From Vezdaea acicularis (lineage: Eukaryota), in the NCBI GenBank assembly GCA_026025075.1, contig JAPEUI010000004.1, forward strand, positions 248,001 to 312,000: 64,000 nt of DNA. Reading direction: 5' to 3'. The translations under genes and the position numbers were made by a program. Every line of letters starts with the position of its first letter. The stretch's first letter is position 1. The notes beneath the pieces were generated by a model. It was not told where the DNA came from and did not search any database. It saw only the letters and a list, made by a program, of their open reading frames with translations. Shown here piece after piece: positions 60,430 through 64,000 of the stretch.

Positions 60430-62304
60430 ATGTCCCGAGTAACCTACGCAAACCTGCAGCCAGGCACACGACCATCCAGAGACTCGCTCGAGTTAGCCTC
60501 CCTAGCATCTTCTTCTGCAGCTTCAAATCGGTCATCAATATCATCTTCTTCCCCTTCAGGGATTTCTTCTTCGCGGAAGCTGTCCTTAGAGAACGACGAC
60601 CCCCTCGATGCGAACAATCCCGCTGCATCTTCAAGCGATGGGAGGCCAGGCGCACATAATCGATCATATTCAGTATCTTCGGCCTTCGATTTCGCGTCGA
60701 ATCTATTTCCACTTTCTCAAACTGCCATTGGAGGGTATGCACCTATAGGGGCATCCACTTCGGCATCTTTAGAAGCAAATGGGCTCGGCGGCGGTTCTCT
60801 TGAGAAGCAGAAGTCTATCACATATCTGAATGGTCTCTCGCTAGTGATCGGTCTCATCATCGGCTCCGGAATCTTTTCATCACCCAGCCAAGTGAGTTCC
60901 AATGTTGGCTCGCCTGGAGCCTCCTTGATAGTATGGGCCGTTGCAGGGATCCTTGCCTGGACGGGTGCTGCAAGCTATGCGGAGCTCGGAGGCGCAATAC
61001 CTTTAAATGGAGGAGCACAAGTATACCTGTCTAAAATTTTCGGAGATCTAGCCGGCTTTCTTTTCACATGGTGCGCAGTTTGTGTGCTGAAACCTGGTGC
61101 AGCAGCTATAATAGCCATTATATTCGGCGAGTATGTTGTCCGAGCAGCTGTTGGAGCGGAGGTCGAGCATATCAGCGGCTGGATCAACAAAGGAGTGGCG
61201 TTACTCGGACTCTGCGTTGTTACTTTCATTAATTGCGTTTCAACGAAAGTAGCGACCCGACTAGGAGACATGTTATTGTTTCTCAAGTTCGTGGCTCTGC
61301 TTGGGATTACCGTGACGGGTATTGTTGTTGCGGTTACAGGATTTTCATGGAAAGGGGAAGCCAACGGGGACTGGAAGGACCGGGGATGGTTCGACGATAC
61401 TAACACCAACGTTTCTTCATGGGCTGTTGCTCTGTACGCCGGATTATGGGCCTTTGACGGTTGGGATAATGTTAATTATGTGGCCGGCGAGCTTCGAAAT
61501 CCGAGTCGAGACCTTCCAAAAGTCATTCATACTGCCATGCCTGCAGTGATTGTGGGCTATCTACTTGCGAACGTCGCCTACTACCTGGTTCTACCAAGTA
61601 GCGTTATTGACAGCAGCAATACTGTTGCGGTCCAATTTGGCTCAAAGGTCTTCGGGCCCATCGGAGCTCTTCTGCTGGCTCTCGTGGTTGGCGCTAGCTG
61701 TTTTGGTGCTTTGAATGCTACAGCCTTCACGAGTGCTCGACTTGTTTATGTTGCTGGTAAGGAAGGTTGGATTCCGAATATATTTGGCAGTATTGGGTTT
61801 CGAGGAAGTGCTGATAGCACTGCCAATCGTCTACAAACTCGTTCATGGATATCCAAGCAGATCGGTCGTCTTGTGGGAGATGATGGAAAACTATGGTTTA
61901 CTCCGATATACGCAATCATCCTAAATGCATGTCTCACGGCGGCTTACATTATTGTCGGCGAATTTGCAACACTAATCACCTTCTATGGAGTTGCCGGCTA
62001 CTCCTTCTATTTCCTCACAGTGCTTGGTGTTATCACCTTGCGGGTCAAGGAGCCGAACCTTGAGAGACCTTACAAGGCTTGGATCACTACGCCAATTATC
62101 TTTTGCTGCGTCAGCCTGTTCCTTATCAGTAGGGCAGTATTTGCGCATCCGCTACAAACGATAGTCGTTGCTGTGTTTGTACTTGCCGGGGTACCCGTAT
62201 ACTACTGGCGCGTTTTGGATCGTGATAGCGGTCGAAGAGGTAGACAAGGGGCGGATTCTGTCTCAACATGGAAGTTTTGGAGAAAGTTGGGCTGGGGCGG
62301 ATAG
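60430..62304 (+). CDS. APC superfamily L-type (LAT) amino acid transporter
   Basis: GLIIGSGIFSSP, YAELGGAIPLNGG, GLWAFDGWDN, LRVKEPNLERPYK; many hydrophobic segments; intronless. Confidence 0.93.
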   Translation: MSRVTYANLQPGTRPSRDSLELASLASSSAASNRSSISSSSPSGISSSRKLSLENDDPLDANNPAASSSDGRPGAHNRSYSVSSAFDFASNLFPLSQTAIGGYAPIGASTSASLEANGLGGGSLEKQKSITYLNGLSLVIGLIIGSGIFSSPSQVSSNVGSPGASLIVWAVAGILAWTGAASYAELGGAIPLNGGAQVYLSKIFGDLAGFLFTWCAVCVLKPGAAAIIAIIFGEYVVRAAVGAEVEHISGWINKGVALLGLCVVTFINCVSTKVATRLGDMLLFLKFVALLGITVTGIVVAVTGFSWKGEANGDWKDRGWFDDTNTNVSSWAVALYAGLWAFDGWDNVNYVAGELRNPSRDLPKVIHTAMPAVIVGYLLANVAYYLVLPSSVIDSSNTVAVQFGSKVFGPIGALLLALVVGASCFGALNATAFTSARLVYVAGKEGWIPNIFGSIGFRGSADSTANRLQTRSWISKQIGRLVGDDGKLWFTPIYAIILNACLTAAYIIVGEFATLITFYGVAGYSFYFLTVLGVITLRVKEPNLERPYKAWITTPIIFCCVSLFLISRAVFAHPLQTIVVAVFVLAGVPVYYWRVLDRDSGRRGRQGADSVSTWKFWRKLGWGG

Positions 62305-62911
62305 TCTGTAGTCCGATACGCTCGTTGTGTTTCAAGCATTGCGTTGGCGCAATTCTTTGGCTGTTTTGGGAAAGAGTACAAGTGTATAGGCAGCATTTAC
62401 ACATAGCGAGGTGTTATTGTGCTTGTCATAACGTTCGGATTCTCCTACTGCCAAAGTGCAAATAATGACGGAAAAGATGATATCCGCTCCTAGTATTAGA
62501 CTACATTTCAGGAAAACCATCCAAGTAGGGGACTATGATGCTGGGGGATACCTAGGGTTCCTTCGTCTGCGAGCGTCCATTCCATAAATTTTGAGGGCAA
62601 TCATGGTAAATCATGCTTTCACCTTTGCTCGCCTGTGATGCTTCCAACCTATCGAAGTCGACGAATGAATACCCCCCAACTCGCCCACATCACTCTATCC
62701 ATGTTTCTTACCTCATAAAGGGGCAAGAATGAAACTCAATCTTTTGAGTGTTAAAACTTAATCGGCAATAATCAGAGAAAAGACTTACCAAACTCGTCTT
62801 GGATCAAAGTGCCCATGATCTGTTAATGGCATTGGCGCCCCGCAATTGCCATCTTCTATGAGACTATTGTTTCACTAAAAGTCAGGATACATTGAAGACG
62901 CAGACCTAATA

Positions 62912-63868
62912 ATGTCTAGCTACTTTCAGTCCTTTGCGACTACAGCAGCATCGCGATACAAAGATATTAAACGAACACTACTATCCGACGAGACGGATGG
63001 CGACACAGAAGATGACTCTCATGTTTCGCGAGTTCTACGAAATTATTACATGGAAAAGGGAAGACCATTTCCCCCCTGGCTTCCTCCTGATCCCCGACAA
63101 GCTCAACAATCACAATCGAACCAATATCCTGCTTCAGGGCGCCATTCGGCAAGTAATAGTGGGGGCCGGGGTGGAGGTAGGGGAGGGGGGCTATTGAGCG
63201 ATCTCTGGGATGGACCGCAAGAGGAGCCACAACCACCTGCGCATGCAGGGCCACAATCACTGAGGAAAGGTGGTGGCCAAATGGCTTCAAGGCCTGGGCT
63301 ACGTCCAGGATTGAGTCAAGGCACTGCCAGCCCTTACGACAGGGCACCAGCACCTTTACCAAGTCAACGAGCTGGAAGTTACCAGACCTCGCTGCGCCAA
63401 AGCAATTACAGTCCGCCGCCAGGTAGCACGACTTCTAATCGTAGCGCGCAAGAACGTCTAAAGGCTCGATTCATGGGAGGAGGCAGATCAGCAAGTCCTT
63501 CAGATTCTCCACAGCCAAGTCCGGCTTTGTCAGCGACTCCTCAGAGGCCCTTGTATGATAGGGGCGATAGCGGAAGAAGTGCGGCTTCGGGCGGTCGTCC
63601 CGATTATAGGGATAAGAGTAGGAGTTATGATGACAGGAGGGTAGGCTACAACGACCGTAATGACCAAGGTAATGCTTACGGCGGCCAAATGGAAAGTTCC
63701 AGTGGTGGGTCTACTTATCAAGGTAATGGCAGGGAGCAGAGACCCTATGCTGGATCGTCTGCTCCTTGGTCCACGGGCGAAGTTGAGGATGGTGGCGGGG
63801 GGAGAGGGTACGGCGATTTGGGAAGGAGATATGGAGCGAGGGGACCTAATGGCTCGAGGCCGAGATGA
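62912..63868 (+). CDS. MSO1: Mso1-like Sec1-binding exocytosis protein
   Basis: N-terminal DGDTEDDSHVSRVLRNYYMEKGRPFPPWL motif followed by a low-complexity G/S/R/P tail. Confidence 0.82.
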   Translation: MSSYFQSFATTAASRYKDIKRTLLSDETDGDTEDDSHVSRVLRNYYMEKGRPFPPWLPPDPRQAQQSQSNQYPASGRHSASNSGGRGGGRGGGLLSDLWDGPQEEPQPPAHAGPQSLRKGGGQMASRPGLRPGLSQGTASPYDRAPAPLPSQRAGSYQTSLRQSNYSPPPGSTTSNRSAQERLKARFMGGGRSASPSDSPQPSPALSATPQRPLYDRGDSGRSAASGGRPDYRDKSRSYDDRRVGYNDRNDQGNAYGGQMESSSGGSTYQGNGREQRPYAGSSAPWSTGEVEDGGGGRGYGDLGRRYGARGPNGSRPR

Positions 63869-64000
63869 GCGATCCTTTCTGTACTTCGAGGATCTTTGCG
63901 GGAGTCCAATATACCAAATAAAGGGTTCGTCCACATTCTTGAGCGATGAACTTTCAATAGGCTCTAAAGAGTGCCTGTACGGGCTGAGGCTTATAGTGCT

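Overview
Gene-dense window from a filamentous ascomycete (Pezizomycotina-type short GT-AG introns with CTAAC/CTGAC branch sites; exact taxon not determinable). About 28 mostly housekeeping genes: TACO1-like, PET100, ECI1, CWC21, CDC123, a yapsin-like protease, CWH41, ITT1, CAX4, CRT10-like, TDA3-like, SER1, LYS4, a GH43, FAR11/HAM-2, MTQ1, CYC2-like, MAK16, MSS1, formin SepA/BNI1, a DUF7918-like protein, FDH, mitochondrial LeuRS, a LAT-type permease and MSO1. No rRNA, tRNA, CRISPR or recognisable transposon was seen. The most unusual locus is a 61-aa micro-ORF (42922-43107, minus) with five GRGGYN repeats that differ only at synonymous positions. It is followed by about 19 GCAU motifs in ~400 nt of putative 3'UTR and lies head-to-head with the formin gene. 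Other highlights: a decayed AIM32-type ferredoxin pseudogene absent from the ORF track, an in-frame retainable first intron of FDH that encodes a mitochondrial-type presequence, two related small MC-starting Cys/His proteins, and a predicted 5-nt microexon in CRT10. Gene calls come from motif recognition and exon boundaries were read by eye; no searches were run.
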